Shown: positions 9,847 to 19,554, counted from the first letter of the stretch. The stretch: DNA of 64,000 nt from Parcubacteria group bacterium GW2011_GWC1_36_108 (GCA_000991245.1 LBRD01000005.1:10944-74943), one strand, 5' to 3'. Program-made: numbers and translations. The notes: generated by a model from the letters alone, not told the origin.

Positions 9847-10920
9847 TTATAAACCAGCTTTTCCCAATTGTTCAATGATTTTTCTTTGATCTCTGGAGAC
9901 ATTTTTTGGGACATCGACGATAATTTTCAACAAATGATCCCCGCGATTCGTGCGTCCAAGACTTGGGACACCTTTTCCTTTGATGCGAAAAAGTTCTCCG
10001 GATTGTGTGCCAGCAGTAATTTTCATTTTTACAGTCTCATCTATCGTTTCCACATTTATTTTGTCCCCCAATGATGCCTGCGAAAATGAAATGTGTTCGG
10101 ATGAAAGCAAATTATTTCCTTCGCGCGTAAATTTATTGTGATTCAAAATGTGAACCGTGATATACAAATCGCCATTTTGAGCACCTCGCTCGCCAGCTTC
10201 TCCTTGACCCTGCATAGAAAGAGTTTGGCCATTTGAAATTCCAGCAGGGATATCAACAGCAACTTTGCGCGATTGTTTGACGCGACCTTCTCCTCGGCAT
10301 TTGTGACATTTTTGTGAAAAAGTTTTTCCCATTCCCTGACAAGTTGGACAAACATAAGCCTGTGAAAATGAACCGAAGAAACTGCTAACCGTTTTGTGAA
10401 TTTGCCCAGAGCCTTTGCAAGTTGAGCAGGTTTCTTGTTTTGCACCGGGTTCTCCACCGCTGCCACCACAAACGTCACAAGCAACACTTTGATAAAGATC
10501 AATCTCTCGATGAGCTCCAGAAACCATTTCTTCAAAAGTTAATTCAACGTCAACCTGAATATCATTGCCGGCTTTTCGCATATCGCGACTTCTGCCACCA
10601 CCGCCACCAAAGATATTAGAAAAAATATCCTCAAATCCCTCGCCAAAATCGAAGCCTTGCCCACCAAATCCTTGACTATTAAAACCGCCACCTCCAAAAC
10701 CTCCGCCCATTTGCTCAAAGCCACTGCCGAATTGATCATATTTTTGACGCTTGGATTTATCTGAAAGCACCTGATATGCTGCATTAATCTCCTTAAATTT
10801 CTCAGCATCACCACCAGACTTGTCTGGATGATATTTATGCGCCAATTTACGATATGCTTTCTTGATTTCATCGTCAGAAGCATTTTTATTAACACCTAGA
10901 GTTTTATAGTAGTCTGCCAT
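9847..10920 (-). CDS. dnaJ: chaperone DnaJ
   Basis: J-domain HPD, G/F-rich region, four CxxCxGxG repeats. Confidence 0.98.
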   Translation of the reverse strand: MADYYKTLGVNKNASDDEIKKAYRKLAHKYHPDKSGGDAEKFKEINAAYQVLSDKSKRQKYDQFGSGFEQMGGGFGGGGFNSQGFGGQGFDFGEGFEDIFSNIFGGGGGRSRDMRKAGNDIQVDVELTFEEMVSGAHREIDLYQSVACDVCGGSGGEPGAKQETCSTCKGSGQIHKTVSSFFGSFSQAYVCPTCQGMGKTFSQKCHKCRGEGRVKQSRKVAVDIPAGISNGQTLSMQGQGEAGERGAQNGDLYITVHILNHNKFTREGNNLLSSEHISFSQASLGDKINVETIDETVKMKITAGTQSGELFRIKGKGVPSLGRTNRGDHLLKIIVDVPKNVSRDQRKIIEQLGKAGL

Positions 10921-10975
10921 ATGTTTTATTTATGCTATTTTTCTTACCAATACATATTACAACTAAATAAAAAAA

Positions 10976-11002
10976 TTAGCAATCCCCTAGTGGGAGTGCT
11001 AA
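10976..11002. promoter_or_regulatory. CIRCE (HrcA operator) upstream of dnaJ
   Basis: TTAGCAATC-N9-GAGTGCTAA, one mismatch to TTAGCACTC-N9-GAGTGCTAA. Confidence 0.92.
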
Positions 11003-11026
11003 TTCAAAAGAATACCTAGATCTTAC

Positions 11027-12088
11027 CTACTCCAAAACTTCCTTTGAAACCGTCTCGATTTTAACGCTAAGCATTTTTGTTTTAAACAAGATAAACATAA
11101 TAAATTTAATAATCAAAAACCAAGCGACACTAATAATCGAACCTATTGGATATATCGTCAAGAAAAGCACTGCTGCCAGAATAATTGAAAAAATTGGACT
11201 TTTCTCACTCCCTGTAGCATCAGTATTAAAATAGCTATTAATCTTATTGCTAACAAGGCCTGAGAATATTTCTGATATTTTTTCATTTCCAACGATTGGA
11301 ATTCCTGCCAAATCAGCAAACTGCTTTCTGCCATTTTGAAGAACGAGTTCTTGATTTTTTTGTGACATTTGAGCTTCAGCACCCAAAAAGTTTTCAATGG
11401 CTTGTTTTTTTAATGCTTCTTTTTGTGCCAAGGTCAGATTCGCTGGAAGTTGTGCATCCAACAATTGTTCATTCTCGGGAGACAATTCGCCATTTTGCAC
11501 AAAATCTTTTTGGGACTGCAAAATAAACTGATCAACAGTAAGTTCTTGATCCTTGAGGACTTCAAATTGAGGATTAACTGAAGAAAGAAATGGGATAGCA
11601 ATTTTTTTGGTAACAAAACTGGCATCAAAATGTGGAACTTTCTTTTCCCCATCAAAATTATTCACTGTCAAAAAATATTGCATTGTTATCAAAAATGCAA
11701 TTGAAATCAAAAGGTATGATTTTCCGGCGCGCAAAGATTTCCAGATGCTTATTTTCAAATTGAAATCCATATCCTCCCTAATTCTCTTGGCAGCCAAAAT
11801 CAAAAAGAATCCGCTCAACAAAATCGCCACAAATTGAAGCCAGTCAAAGGCAAAAAAAAGACTCAGTGATAATGAACCAATTAAAACAAGTTTCAAAAGA
11901 AAATCATTCTGCGAAAGCACTGCACTTAAATAAATCAAAATAATATACACAGAAAAAAACGTCATCGGCACAGCCCAAGTGCTTGAAGCAGGAATCATTA
12001 CCGCGCTCTGCACAGACTGCCAAGCCAAAAAAGCAAACACCAACATCAGAAAATTTGGAACGTAGCTTAAAATTTTTCTTTTATTCAT
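11027..12088 (-). CDS. multi-pass membrane protein of unknown function
   Basis: 353-aa ORF with several hydrophobic helices. Confidence 0.8.
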   Translation of the reverse strand: MNKRKILSYVPNFLMLVFAFLAWQSVQSAVMIPASSTWAVPMTFFSVYIILIYLSAVLSQNDFLLKLVLIGSLSLSLFFAFDWLQFVAILLSGFFLILAAKRIREDMDFNLKISIWKSLRAGKSYLLISIAFLITMQYFLTVNNFDGEKKVPHFDASFVTKKIAIPFLSSVNPQFEVLKDQELTVDQFILQSQKDFVQNGELSPENEQLLDAQLPANLTLAQKEALKKQAIENFLGAEAQMSQKNQELVLQNGRKQFADLAGIPIVGNEKISEIFSGLVSNKINSYFNTDATGSEKSPIFSIILAAVLFLTIYPIGSIISVAWFLIIKFIMFILFKTKMLSVKIETVSKEVLE

Positions 12089-12127
12089 TTAACTTTAGAA
12101 TTAAATTTTGTTTTTTAGTGCAGAGAC

Positions 12128-12736
12128 TTAATTAGGGATTGCTGGAAGATTACCTGGCAGTCCAGCGCCTGCTGGCAAACTAACATTACTCAATGATTCA
12201 AAAGTTTTTTTCATAATTTCACATTGATCTTCAAACACAACATTTGAAGGAATGTTGAAATCCACATCGCCTGCAGGAACACAACTTGATTTTTCATCAC
12301 TATTTTCAATCTCCTCTTCAATATTTGGAACAGCATCGGTTATTAAATTTTGTTGTTGTTCGGGAAGATTTGTTTTCAAACTTTCCAAACAAGAAGTTGC
12401 CATTTTGAATCCTTTTGTTTCTCCTTCCACCCAAAAATATGTTGTTTCTCCGTCAAAAATAACATTTTCTTTTTTCTTTTCAACATCAGAAACTGCTTTA
12501 AATTTTTTCCCTTGGACATATGCCACTGAGACTTCCCCGTCTTTTGAAGTTGAAGTACATTTCATTTTCGAGCCCAAGCCAATTGCTTCCTTGATGGAAT
12601 TTACAACTCCACCATTTTCAGTCGGCGCGCTTTTTTCTGCTGGCTGCACAGGAGTTTGAGTTTCTTTTTGACTTCCACATCCTGAAAAAACAAGTGCCGA
12701 GCAAACAACCACCGCTGACAAAAATATTTTTTTCAT
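12128..12736 (-). CDS. putative lipoprotein
   Basis: Signal peptide MKKIFLSAVVVCSALVFSG-C with lipobox-like FSGC. Confidence 0.8.
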   Translation of the reverse strand: MKKIFLSAVVVCSALVFSGCGSQKETQTPVQPAEKSAPTENGGVVNSIKEAIGLGSKMKCTSTSKDGEVSVAYVQGKKFKAVSDVEKKKENVIFDGETTYFWVEGETKGFKMATSCLESLKTNLPEQQQNLITDAVPNIEEEIENSDEKSSCVPAGDVDFNIPSNVVFEDQCEIMKKTFESLSNVSLPAGAGLPGNLPAIPN

Positions 12737-12884
12737 TTACCCAATTAAATAAGATTTGGGTCTAACTTTTTGGCAGAACCAACTTATTCTTGTTTAAAAT
12801 TTAATATTAATTAATATATCCATTCAATACACTCAAATCTTAGTTTTAAATTTTTAATAAAATTTAAAACTATTTAACAGGGTA
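12737..12884. repeat. palindromic element family B, long copy
   Basis: TTACCCAATTAAATAAGATTTGGG...TATTTAACAGGGTA, directly abutting the ATG at 12736. Confidence 0.85.
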
Positions 12885-13070
12885 TTTTTTATATAAATTA
12901 TTATTAACATAATTATACCACAAACAAAGAGACTGACAAAATCAGTTTGTTTGTAATAATCAACCGGCGCCACTTGCTGACGACCGCATTCTAATGGCGC
13001 CAGGGCTTATATGAGCAATAAAATACCATACGCCATTTTTAGCCTTGCAAAGCCTTGTTTTGCCCTGCTA

Positions 13071-13141
13071 TTGACTTTTGGCTAGTTTTGGAGTATACTA
13101 TTAGGTTAGTGGTAAAATCCAAAATAGTAGCACCTTGAAAA
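13071..13141 (+). promoter_or_regulatory. sigma70 promoter plus boxA-like motif
   Basis: TTGACT (13071), 17 bp, TATACT (13094); GCACCTTGAAAA at 13130-13141. Confidence 0.75.
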
Positions 13142-13191
13142 CATAGGCATTTTATGCCAATCAAATATCCCACGAGGAAGGAGAAAAAACC

Positions 13192-13860
13192 ATGGCCAGA
13201 GGAAAAGGAAATGTGCACAAGATGCATGATGGCTACAAGCGACATCAGCATAGGACTTCAACACCGCAATTGTTGGCTCTCGCCAACCAGGAAGAAACTG
13301 AGAGGGCCCGTGAGCTCATGTTTGAGGATATGGCTGCGGACGAGGAACGAGAAAGTATGTATGATGCTCTTTTCGGCGTCGATGACGCTACAGACGAACA
13401 ACCCGAATGCGATTTTGGTTTTGACGATTCTCCTTATGGCGGTTTCAGCTTCGAGCTTGATCCGTTTGACAGAGATGATGATTACAGTTTTGAACCGCGA
13501 CCGGAAGATTCCTGGCAAAAAAACGACCAATATGACGCCGGCGATCGAGCCATTGGAACATTACGCTATTACATGGAGGACGTAAAGCCCGATGAAATTT
13601 CATCAAAAGATGTGGGCTGGATTGCATCAAAATATACATTCCTCTCTGCGATGGTTCTAGGTGGTTCATTTGCTGGAGAACTGTTTGAAGAACCAACAGC
13701 TATCTTCGGACGATATACAATCGCCTTAGAACAAAAGCTCAGAGAAGCCCAGATTGAATTCAAAACTTATCATGGGCTCACAGAAAAAGGTTGGCAGACG
13801 CTTAAAGAATTTCACATCCCCGGTGAAAACAATTTAGAGATGAATGGTGTTCACTGCTAG
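13192..13860 (+). CDS. acidic hypothetical protein (orphan)
   Basis: 222-aa ORF with SD AAGGAG (13178-13183), own promoter and terminator. Confidence 0.75.
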   Translation: MARGKGNVHKMHDGYKRHQHRTSTPQLLALANQEETERARELMFEDMAADEERESMYDALFGVDDATDEQPECDFGFDDSPYGGFSFELDPFDRDDDYSFEPRPEDSWQKNDQYDAGDRAIGTLRYYMEDVKPDEISSKDVGWIASKYTFLSAMVLGGSFAGELFEEPTAIFGRYTIALEQKLREAQIEFKTYHGLTEKGWQTLKEFHIPGENNLEMNGVHC

Positions 13861-13880
13861 ACCAACCTTACAGCATAAAG

Positions 13881-13915
13881 AAAGAGCCCAGCGATCTAAA
13901 TCGCAGGGCTCTTTT
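13881..13915. terminator. bidirectional intrinsic terminator
   Basis: AAAGAGCCC-A-GCGAT..ATCGC-A-GGGCTCTTTT. Confidence 0.8.
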
Positions 13916-13928
13916 CATATCCAAGCAA

Positions 13929-14312
13929 CTATTTAGTTTTTTGTTTTATCCAATTCACATATCCCCCATTTGCCTCAACTTCAATTTTCATGATGCAGGA
14001 CTGACTCATTTCCACATTTCTTTTTCCCGCAAAAAGAAACCTGGAGGAAAGAAAAGCTCGCACCTGATGAAGATACTGTGGCAAAAACTTCGCTCTTCGC
14101 TAAAATTTACACTGCGCGCCTACGTCTGCTGACGGGCGCTACGTTTCAAAATTTCTTAACGCTCATCACTCGTTTTTTGCCTACGTACTTCATATGGTGC
14201 AAAGGGAATGCAAAATGCAAGATGCAATAAGTTTTTCCTCAAGCAAATGTTCAGCAACTTTTTTCGCTTCTTTGAGGTTTTTGTGAGTGATGTAGAAGAT
14301 GATGGATTTTAT
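13929..14312 (-). pseudogene. cutA: cutA (divalent-cation tolerance) pseudogene split by a non-coding insert
   Basis: N-part IKSIIFYITHKNLKEAKKVAEHLLEEKLIA (ATA in place of ATG) and C-part SCIMKIEVEANGGYVNWIKQKTK* (14000-13929); the middle is missing and carries stops. Confidence 0.75.
14060..14200. mobile_element. palindromic MITE/REP-like element inside cutA
   Basis: Imperfect terminal IR GCACC..ATGAAG..TAC..GGCAAAAA / TTTTTGCC..GTA.CTTCAT..GGTGC. Confidence 0.6.
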
Positions 14313-14319
14313 ATTTCTT

Positions 14320-14877
14320 TTAAAATCTATTTCTATACTCGCTTCTTTTTTGATAAATTCTCTCATTAAACCCACCCTGTTTGACAAATTCTTCACTTAG
14401 AGTTGCGAGTTGTTTGTCGAGAAGATAATTTGTTTGATAAATGACGCAGATGGCAACATTAGCAGCTGACTCAGGATCGTTCAAATAGGACGAATAAGAC
14501 TGAAAGGACGGATTATTATAGCACAAGTTTCGCACAATTTTTGCCTGCGGAAAATCTTTCGCCCAAAGTTTCAAATTTCTTTGTCGAAGAAAATCCTCGT
14601 AGTCCAAAAGTAATTCTTCCAAACTTGCACGTGCGACGTTTGTCAATTTGAGCTCCGTCTTTTTTGAAGTTCCTGCTGCCCGACTTCCTTCAGCAATATT
14701 TTGTCTGCCACTGCGTGCCGCTTGATCCATCTGATCGCGAGTCCTGCTTTTATAATCAATGTATCTTTTTGTAAATTCAACAGTAATATCGTAGACAATC
14801 GTCGACATCTGAAAGGATTTCAGATCGCGATAGCCACCATGCGTGAACATTAAATTTTCATCAGTCCTATTTGTCAT
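14320..14877 (-). CDS. four-helix-bundle protein (23S-IVS/Avd-like), long 'suffix domain' type
   Basis: HGGYRDLKSFQ, RTRDQMDQAARSGRQNIAEGS, LTNVARASLEELLLDYEDFLRQR, GGFNERIY. Confidence 0.9.
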   Translation of the reverse strand: MTNRTDENLMFTHGGYRDLKSFQMSTIVYDITVEFTKRYIDYKSRTRDQMDQAARSGRQNIAEGSRAAGTSKKTELKLTNVARASLEELLLDYEDFLRQRNLKLWAKDFPQAKIVRNLCYNNPSFQSYSSYLNDPESAANVAICVIYQTNYLLDKQLATLSEEFVKQGGFNERIYQKRSEYRNRF

Positions 14878-14913
14878 ATTCGTCCTATTTGATTTTTGTT
14901 TTTATTATATCAC

Positions 14914-14945
14914 AAAAGAGTCCCGACAAAATCGGGACTCTTTTT
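14914..14945 (-). terminator. terminator after dnaK
   Basis: AAAAGAGTCCCGA-CAAAA-TCGGGACTCTTTT. Confidence 0.8.
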
Positions 14946-14950
14946 GGGGA

Positions 14951-16903
14951 TTATTTTTTGTCTTCGTCTTTTTTCTCCTCCCCTGCTTCGTCAGCAGGTT
15001 TGCCTGCCTCGGCGGCAGACGGGTCGCCTTCGACTTCAGCTTCTTTCACATCTGCGCCTTCGGCGCCGGCGTTGGCTTCGGTTTTTGCTTTTTCTGCTTC
15101 TTGAGCAGCAGCGTAAAGTTTTTCGCCAATCTTTTGCGCAGCTTGTGAAAGTGTTTCAGTTTTGGCTTTGATTTCATTCAAGTCCTCACCGTTTTTCACT
15201 TTATTAAGTTCTTCGATTGCTTCTTTGACTGGCTTTGTTTCTTCTTCAGTCACTTTGTCGCCAGCATCCTTGATAGCTTTTTCTGTGGTGTAGACAAGTG
15301 TGTCAGCCATATTGCGAGCTTCGACGAGTTCTTTCTTTTGCTTGTCTTCATCAGCATGCATCTCAGCATCTTTTTTCATTTTTTCAATTTCTTCTTTTGA
15401 AAGACCGGATGATGCTTCGATTTTGATTGATTGTGATTTTCCGGTTGCTTTGTCTTTGGCTGTCACATTCAAAATTCCGTTTGCATCGATGTCAAATTCA
15501 ACTTCAATCTGCGGCACTCCACGAGGTGCTGGTGGAATTCCATCAAGCAAGAATTTTCCAAGTGTCTTGTTTCCAGAAGCAACTTCACGTTCTCCTTGCA
15601 GCACGTGAATTTCAACACCCGGTTGATTGTCAGCTGCAGTTGAGAATGTTTGAGTTTTTGAAGTTGGCACAGTTGTGTTTCTTTCAATGAGTGGTGTTGA
15701 AATTCCTCCCATTGTTTCAATTCCTAATGTTAGCGGTGTCACATCCAAAAGCAAAACGTCTTTTACTGATCCTTCAAGCACTCCACCTTGAATAGCCGCT
15801 CCAAGCGCCACCACTTCGTCAGGGTTCACGGAAATGTTTGGTTTTTTGCCAAAGAATTTTTCAACAGTTTGAAGAACAAGTGGCATACGAGTCATTCCTC
15901 CAACCATCACAACTTCATTAATATCAGAAACGGAAAGTTTTGAATCAGCAAGTGCCTTTTTTACTGGCTCTAAAGTTTTTTGCACAAGGTCGCCAACCAA
16001 CTCTTCCAATTTTGCACGACTCATTTTCATCACTAAATGCTTTGGACCAGATGCGTCAGAAGTGATGAACGGTTGATTTATTTCAGTGTCAGCAGCTGTT
16101 GAAAGTTCAATCTTAGCTTTTTCAGCAGCTTCTTTGATACGTTGAAGTGAAAGAGGATCTTTTGAAAGATCAATTCCCTCTTGTTTTTTAAATTCATCGA
16201 TGATCCACTGAATAATGATTTGATCAAAATCGTCTCCACCAAGATGAGTGTCACCGTTTGTTGATTTTACTTCAACAGTGTCTCCTCCAACTTCCAAAAT
16301 TGAAATATCAAATGTTCCGCCGCCCAAATCGTATACTGCAATTTTTTCATCAGCTTTTTTGTCAAAACCATAAGCCAAAGCTGCAGCTGTCGGTTCATTA
16401 ATAACTCGACGAACATTAAACCCTGCAATTTCACCAGCTTCCTTGGTTGCCTTTCTTTGAGCATCGTCAAAATATGCCGGCACGGTAATCACAGCATCAG
16501 TAATTTTTTCTCCAAGTTTTTCTTCTGCATCAGCTTTTAATTTTCCTAAAATCATCGCTGAAATTTCCTGTGGAGAATAATCCTTGTCGCCCATTGTTAC
16601 CTTTACGTTTTCACCAGCATGCACGATTTTGTATGGCATCAGTTTTTCATCGCGCTGCACTTCAGCGTCGTGATAAGCTCGTCCAATTAAACGCTTGATT
16701 GAATATAGTGTGTTAGCGGGATTTGTTACTGATTGACGTTTTGCCAAAAGACCAGCCAGACGCTCACCTGTTTTTGAAATTGCCACCATTGAAGGTGTTG
16801 TGCGGTTTCCTTCTTTGTTTTCAAGGATTTCCGGTTTGCCACCAGTCACGATAGCCATTGCACTGTTTGTTGTTCCTAAATCGATTCCTAAAATTTTACT
16901 CAT
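14951..16903 (-). CDS. dnaK: chaperone DnaK (Hsp70)
   Basis: [23 protein letters not shown]; start placed at MSKILG (16903). Confidence 0.99.
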   Translation of the reverse strand: MSKILGIDLGTTNSAMAIVTGGKPEILENKEGNRTTPSMVAISKTGERLAGLLAKRQSVTNPANTLYSIKRLIGRAYHDAEVQRDEKLMPYKIVHAGENVKVTMGDKDYSPQEISAMILGKLKADAEEKLGEKITDAVITVPAYFDDAQRKATKEAGEIAGFNVRRVINEPTAAALAYGFDKKADEKIAVYDLGGGTFDISILEVGGDTVEVKSTNGDTHLGGDDFDQIIIQWIIDEFKKQEGIDLSKDPLSLQRIKEAAEKAKIELSTAADTEINQPFITSDASGPKHLVMKMSRAKLEELVGDLVQKTLEPVKKALADSKLSVSDINEVVMVGGMTRMPLVLQTVEKFFGKKPNISVNPDEVVALGAAIQGGVLEGSVKDVLLLDVTPLTLGIETMGGISTPLIERNTTVPTSKTQTFSTAADNQPGVEIHVLQGEREVASGNKTLGKFLLDGIPPAPRGVPQIEVEFDIDANGILNVTAKDKATGKSQSIKIEASSGLSKEEIEKMKKDAEMHADEDKQKKELVEARNMADTLVYTTEKAIKDAGDKVTEEETKPVKEAIEELNKVKNGEDLNEIKAKTETLSQAAQKIGEKLYAAAQEAEKAKTEANAGAEGADVKEAEVEGDPSAAEAGKPADEAGEEKKDEDKK

Positions 16904-17012
16904 ATTTTTATAACCCCACAAATCTACAAATCTTTTACGAATATACAAATTAAATTCGTTTTTAAAATATTTGCAAAATTATAGGTTAAATTAATTATTG
17001 CTTATTATTTTT

Positions 17013-17047
17013 TGTTATATGTTACATGTTATATGTTTTATGTTATA
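17013..17047. repeat. heptamer tandem repeat (TGTTATA)n
   Basis: TGTTATA TGTTACA TGTTATA TGTTTTA TGTTATA. Confidence 0.8.
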
Positions 17048-17146
17048 CTTATATTAGAGCTTGATACATCGCTATCTGCTTCGCCCTACGGGATATTTAA
17101 CTTATGCCCGTATGGGCTTTTTTATTTATAAAGTTTTCTTCAACCA

Positions 17147-17220
17147 CTTTATAAACTTTATAACTTTATAACTTTATAACTTTTTACTCTACCACCTACC
17201 ACCTAATTCCTAACAACCTA
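17147..17220. repeat. oligomer repeats (ACTTTATA)n followed by (ACCACCT)-like heptamers
   Basis: Read directly in the grpE-dnaK spacer. Confidence 0.75.
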
Positions 17221-17778
17221 TTCGACCACCACTCTTGCTGCACGAATAACTTTTTCTCCAATCTTATATCCCTTAGTTAAAACTTTTTTAATCTTGTTTT
17301 TATATTTGTGATCAACTTTGCAATCCACACATTCATGATCTTCAATTGCTTCGTGATAAATTGGATCAAAATTATCTCCAACCTTCACTTCAATTTCCTC
17401 AACCCCATTTTCGGTCACAATATTTTCCAATTGTTTTTGAATATACATAATTCCAGTTACCCAAGAATTTTCTTTTTGATCTTCCGGGATATGATCAGTC
17501 GAAGCATGAAAATTATCAATTACTGGCAGAATTTCTAAAATGATACTTTGCATTGCATATTTGATTAAATCTTTTTGCGACTCCGCACTTCTTTTTTTGT
17601 AATTTTCAAAGTCAGCTTGGCAACGCTGCCATCCTTCCAAGTTTTCATTTGCTTTTTTCTTTATCTCAGCAAATTCATCCATGGCCTCATCAAGAGAAAT
17701 ATTTTCCTCAACAGATTCTACATTTTTGAGATCAATAATTTCCTCTTTTTCTTTCTTTTTTTTGTGTTCTTTTGACAT
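17218..17778 (-). CDS. grpE: nucleotide exchange factor GrpE
   Basis: ADFENYKKR, FDPIYHEA, KGYKIGEKVIRAARVVV. Confidence 0.97.
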   Translation of the reverse strand: MSKEHKKKKEKEEIIDLKNVESVEENISLDEAMDEFAEIKKKANENLEGWQRCQADFENYKKRSAESQKDLIKYAMQSIILEILPVIDNFHASTDHIPEDQKENSWVTGIMYIQKQLENIVTENGVEEIEVKVGDNFDPIYHEAIEDHECVDCKVDHKYKNKIKKVLTKGYKIGEKVIRAARVVVE

Positions 17779-17783
17779 AGGTT

Positions 17784-18527
17784 TTAAAAAATATTTACCA
17801 TTATTATTACTACCATTGATGCTCCTAAAAGTTTCTTGACGTATTCAATCATTGATTTATTTTTTGCATATTCCATTCTTTTAGGACCAATGAGTGCCAG
17901 GATTCCTTTTTCACCAGAGCTCAATCTGTATGGCGATACAATCATTGAACAATTCGCTGTGCCATCAATTGGATTTTCTTTACCGATAAAAATTCTTGTT
18001 TCTCCTTCTTTAATATTCTTTGTGAGTTGATCAAATTTTTCATCAACATAATCCAACATTTCAACTAAACGGCACATTTCATCCAATTCCTTAAATTCAG
18101 GCTCTTCCATCAATTCTCGCATTCCAAAATCTGAAAAATCATCCTTCTCAACCATTCCACTAATAGCAAAGTTTCCACTCACGTGAGAAAGCAATTTTGC
18201 AGTTGTGCGAGTTAAGCGAGTGTTCTGCGCTTTTAATTTCAAAAACTCTCTTTGCATTTTTTGTTGATCCTCTTTTGAAAGCTCTTTGTCCTTCATCACT
18301 TCTTCCACAAAATATCGATAACCCTTGTCAGTTGGAATTCTGCCAGCGCTGATATGCGGTTGATACAGATATCCATCTTCTTCCAGCGCAGTCATATCAT
18401 TTCGTATTGTTGCTGGACTAACTTTAAACTTATATTTTTGAGCCAAAATACTACTACCAACCGGAATAGCGGTTTGAGTATATTCTTCAATCACAGCTGA
18501 TAATATTTTTTCTTGTCTTGGATTCAT
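17784..18527 (-). CDS. hrcA: heat-inducible transcription repressor HrcA (short form)
   Basis: PVGS, SPATIRNDM, PHISAGRIPTDKGYRYFV, IGPKRMEY. Confidence 0.96.
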   Translation of the reverse strand: MNPRQEKILSAVIEEYTQTAIPVGSSILAQKYKFKVSPATIRNDMTALEEDGYLYQPHISAGRIPTDKGYRYFVEEVMKDKELSKEDQQKMQREFLKLKAQNTRLTRTTAKLLSHVSGNFAISGMVEKDDFSDFGMRELMEEPEFKELDEMCRLVEMLDYVDEKFDQLTKNIKEGETRIFIGKENPIDGTANCSMIVSPYRLSSGEKGILALIGPKRMEYAKNKSMIEYVKKLLGASMVVIIMVNIF

Positions 18528-18534
18528 ATAAAAT

Positions 18535-18629
18535 AGTTTATAAAGTTATAAAGTTTATAAAGTTTTTAAAGCAATACGAGCCCAAACATTACTTTATAAA
18601 CTTTTAACTTTATGAACCTTAAGAACTTA
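18535..18629. repeat. inverted oligomer-repeat hairpin (AAGTTTATA / TATAAACTT) in the hrcA leader
   Basis: Left arm 18535-18571, right arm 18591-18629. Confidence 0.75.
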
Positions 18630-18636
18630 TGCATTC

Positions 18637-18678
18637 ATTATAATCCATCCGTTAGCAGTCGTCAAGTCCGAGTGCTAA
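18637..18678 (-). promoter_or_regulatory. CIRCE overlapping the hrcA-grpE-dnaK sigma70 promoter
   Basis: TTAGCAGTC-N9-GAGTGCTAA (18652-18678); -35 TTGACG (18665-18660), 17 bp, -10 TATAAT (18642-18637). Confidence 0.93.
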
Positions 18679-18706
18679 TTTTTAAAATAATCTATTTTTG
18701 ACATAG

Positions 18707-18741
18707 AAAAAAGCCCCGATTCTCAGATGAGAATCGGGGCT
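18707..18741 (-). terminator. terminator of the small-ORF cluster
   Basis: Minus strand AGCCCCGATTCTCA-TC-TGAGAATCGGGGCTTTTTT. Confidence 0.85.
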
Positions 18742-18764
18742 CCTATTATTACAAGAGATAATTG

Positions 18765-18959
18765 TTATTTACAGCGGACACAAATTCCACTGCCGGCACA
18801 ATCATGATTTCTTGTTTTGCCAGGAATCGCCCTGACAAGTAAATCGTGATTAGGACGCCCCTTCCCCTGAAAAACAAGGGCGGAAAGAAAAAGTCCCCTT
18901 GAAAAAACAACCACTTTGTTACCAACGAATACAGACGGCATTGAAACTTGTGTACTCAT
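18765..18959 (-). CDS. small hypothetical protein (64 aa, Cys-rich C-terminus)
   Basis: ATG preceded by GGAGG; ends just before the terminator. Confidence 0.5.
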   Translation of the reverse strand: MSTQVSMPSVFVGNKVVVFSRGLFLSALVFQGKGRPNHDLLVRAIPGKTRNHDCAGSGICVRCK

Positions 18960-19013
18960 AGTCTGCCTCCAAGCAACGAGATCAGCGCATTGCGCTGTAA
19001 AAAACTTTTAAAA

Positions 19014-19127
19014 TCAATCCTTCTCTCTGAACGAATCTGTATTGTCGGCAGGCACACCTCTTCTACAAATATCTTGTATGCAAAGAGCGCCATATGTAAC
19101 AACACAAACTCTGATACGTTTTTTCAT
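19014..19127 (-). CDS. small hypothetical peptide (37 aa, MKKRIRVCVV...)
   Basis: Manual translation; SD AAGGAGG just upstream. Confidence 0.45.
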   Translation of the reverse strand: MKKRIRVCVVTYGALCIQDICRRGVPADNTDSFREKD

Positions 19128-19143
19128 TCTTTTTCCTCCTTTT

Positions 19144-19308
19144 TTAAGTTAACAGCTCAACCGATGCTGTTGCACCCAGAACAAAAGGTTCTTCTTCAGA
19201 AGATCTTGGAATTTCCTCGCCAACAGTTAGTTGATGAGAACATTCAACAATATCTATATTGTTAGAACTTTCTTCGCACAGCTGTTTTGTAAGAGTATTA
19301 TGACACAC
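19144..19308 (-). CDS. small hypothetical peptide (54 aa, GTG start MCHNTL...)
   Basis: SD AAAGGAGG upstream of GTG 19308; alternative ATG at 19329. Confidence 0.45.
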   Translation of the reverse strand: MCHNTLTKQLCEESSNNIDIVECSHQLTVGEEIPRSSEEEPFVLGATASVELLT

Positions 19309-19336
19309 GTAGGTATTCCCTCCTTTCATTTTTTAT

Positions 19337-19474
19337 TTAGTACTCGAGCAGGGAAAACAAGAAAGTAAAGAAACCTGGATTTCGATCTTTATCCTCATCC
19401 ACAATATCCCGCGTTACCTTCCTAAATTCCTTATCATCATAAACACCAGCGCAACCTCCTGATGACACACACAT
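19337..19474 (-). CDS. small hypothetical peptide (45 aa, MCVSSGGCAG...)
   Basis: Manual translation; SD GGAGGT just upstream; TATAAT at 19517-19512. Confidence 0.45.
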   Translation of the reverse strand: MCVSSGGCAGVYDDKEFRKVTRDIVDEDKDRNPGFFTFLFSLLEY

Positions 19475-19554
19475 TCTCACACCTCCATTTTCAAATTTTT
19501 AAGTCTACTATATTATATCTAAAATTCCCAATTTCGTATTTAATGTTCCAAGCT

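Noticed and set aside
13154-13585. Alternative-frame 143-aa ORF overlapping the 13192 gene
   Set aside because: It has no SD, whereas ATG 13192 has AAGGAG and its ORF runs to the terminator.
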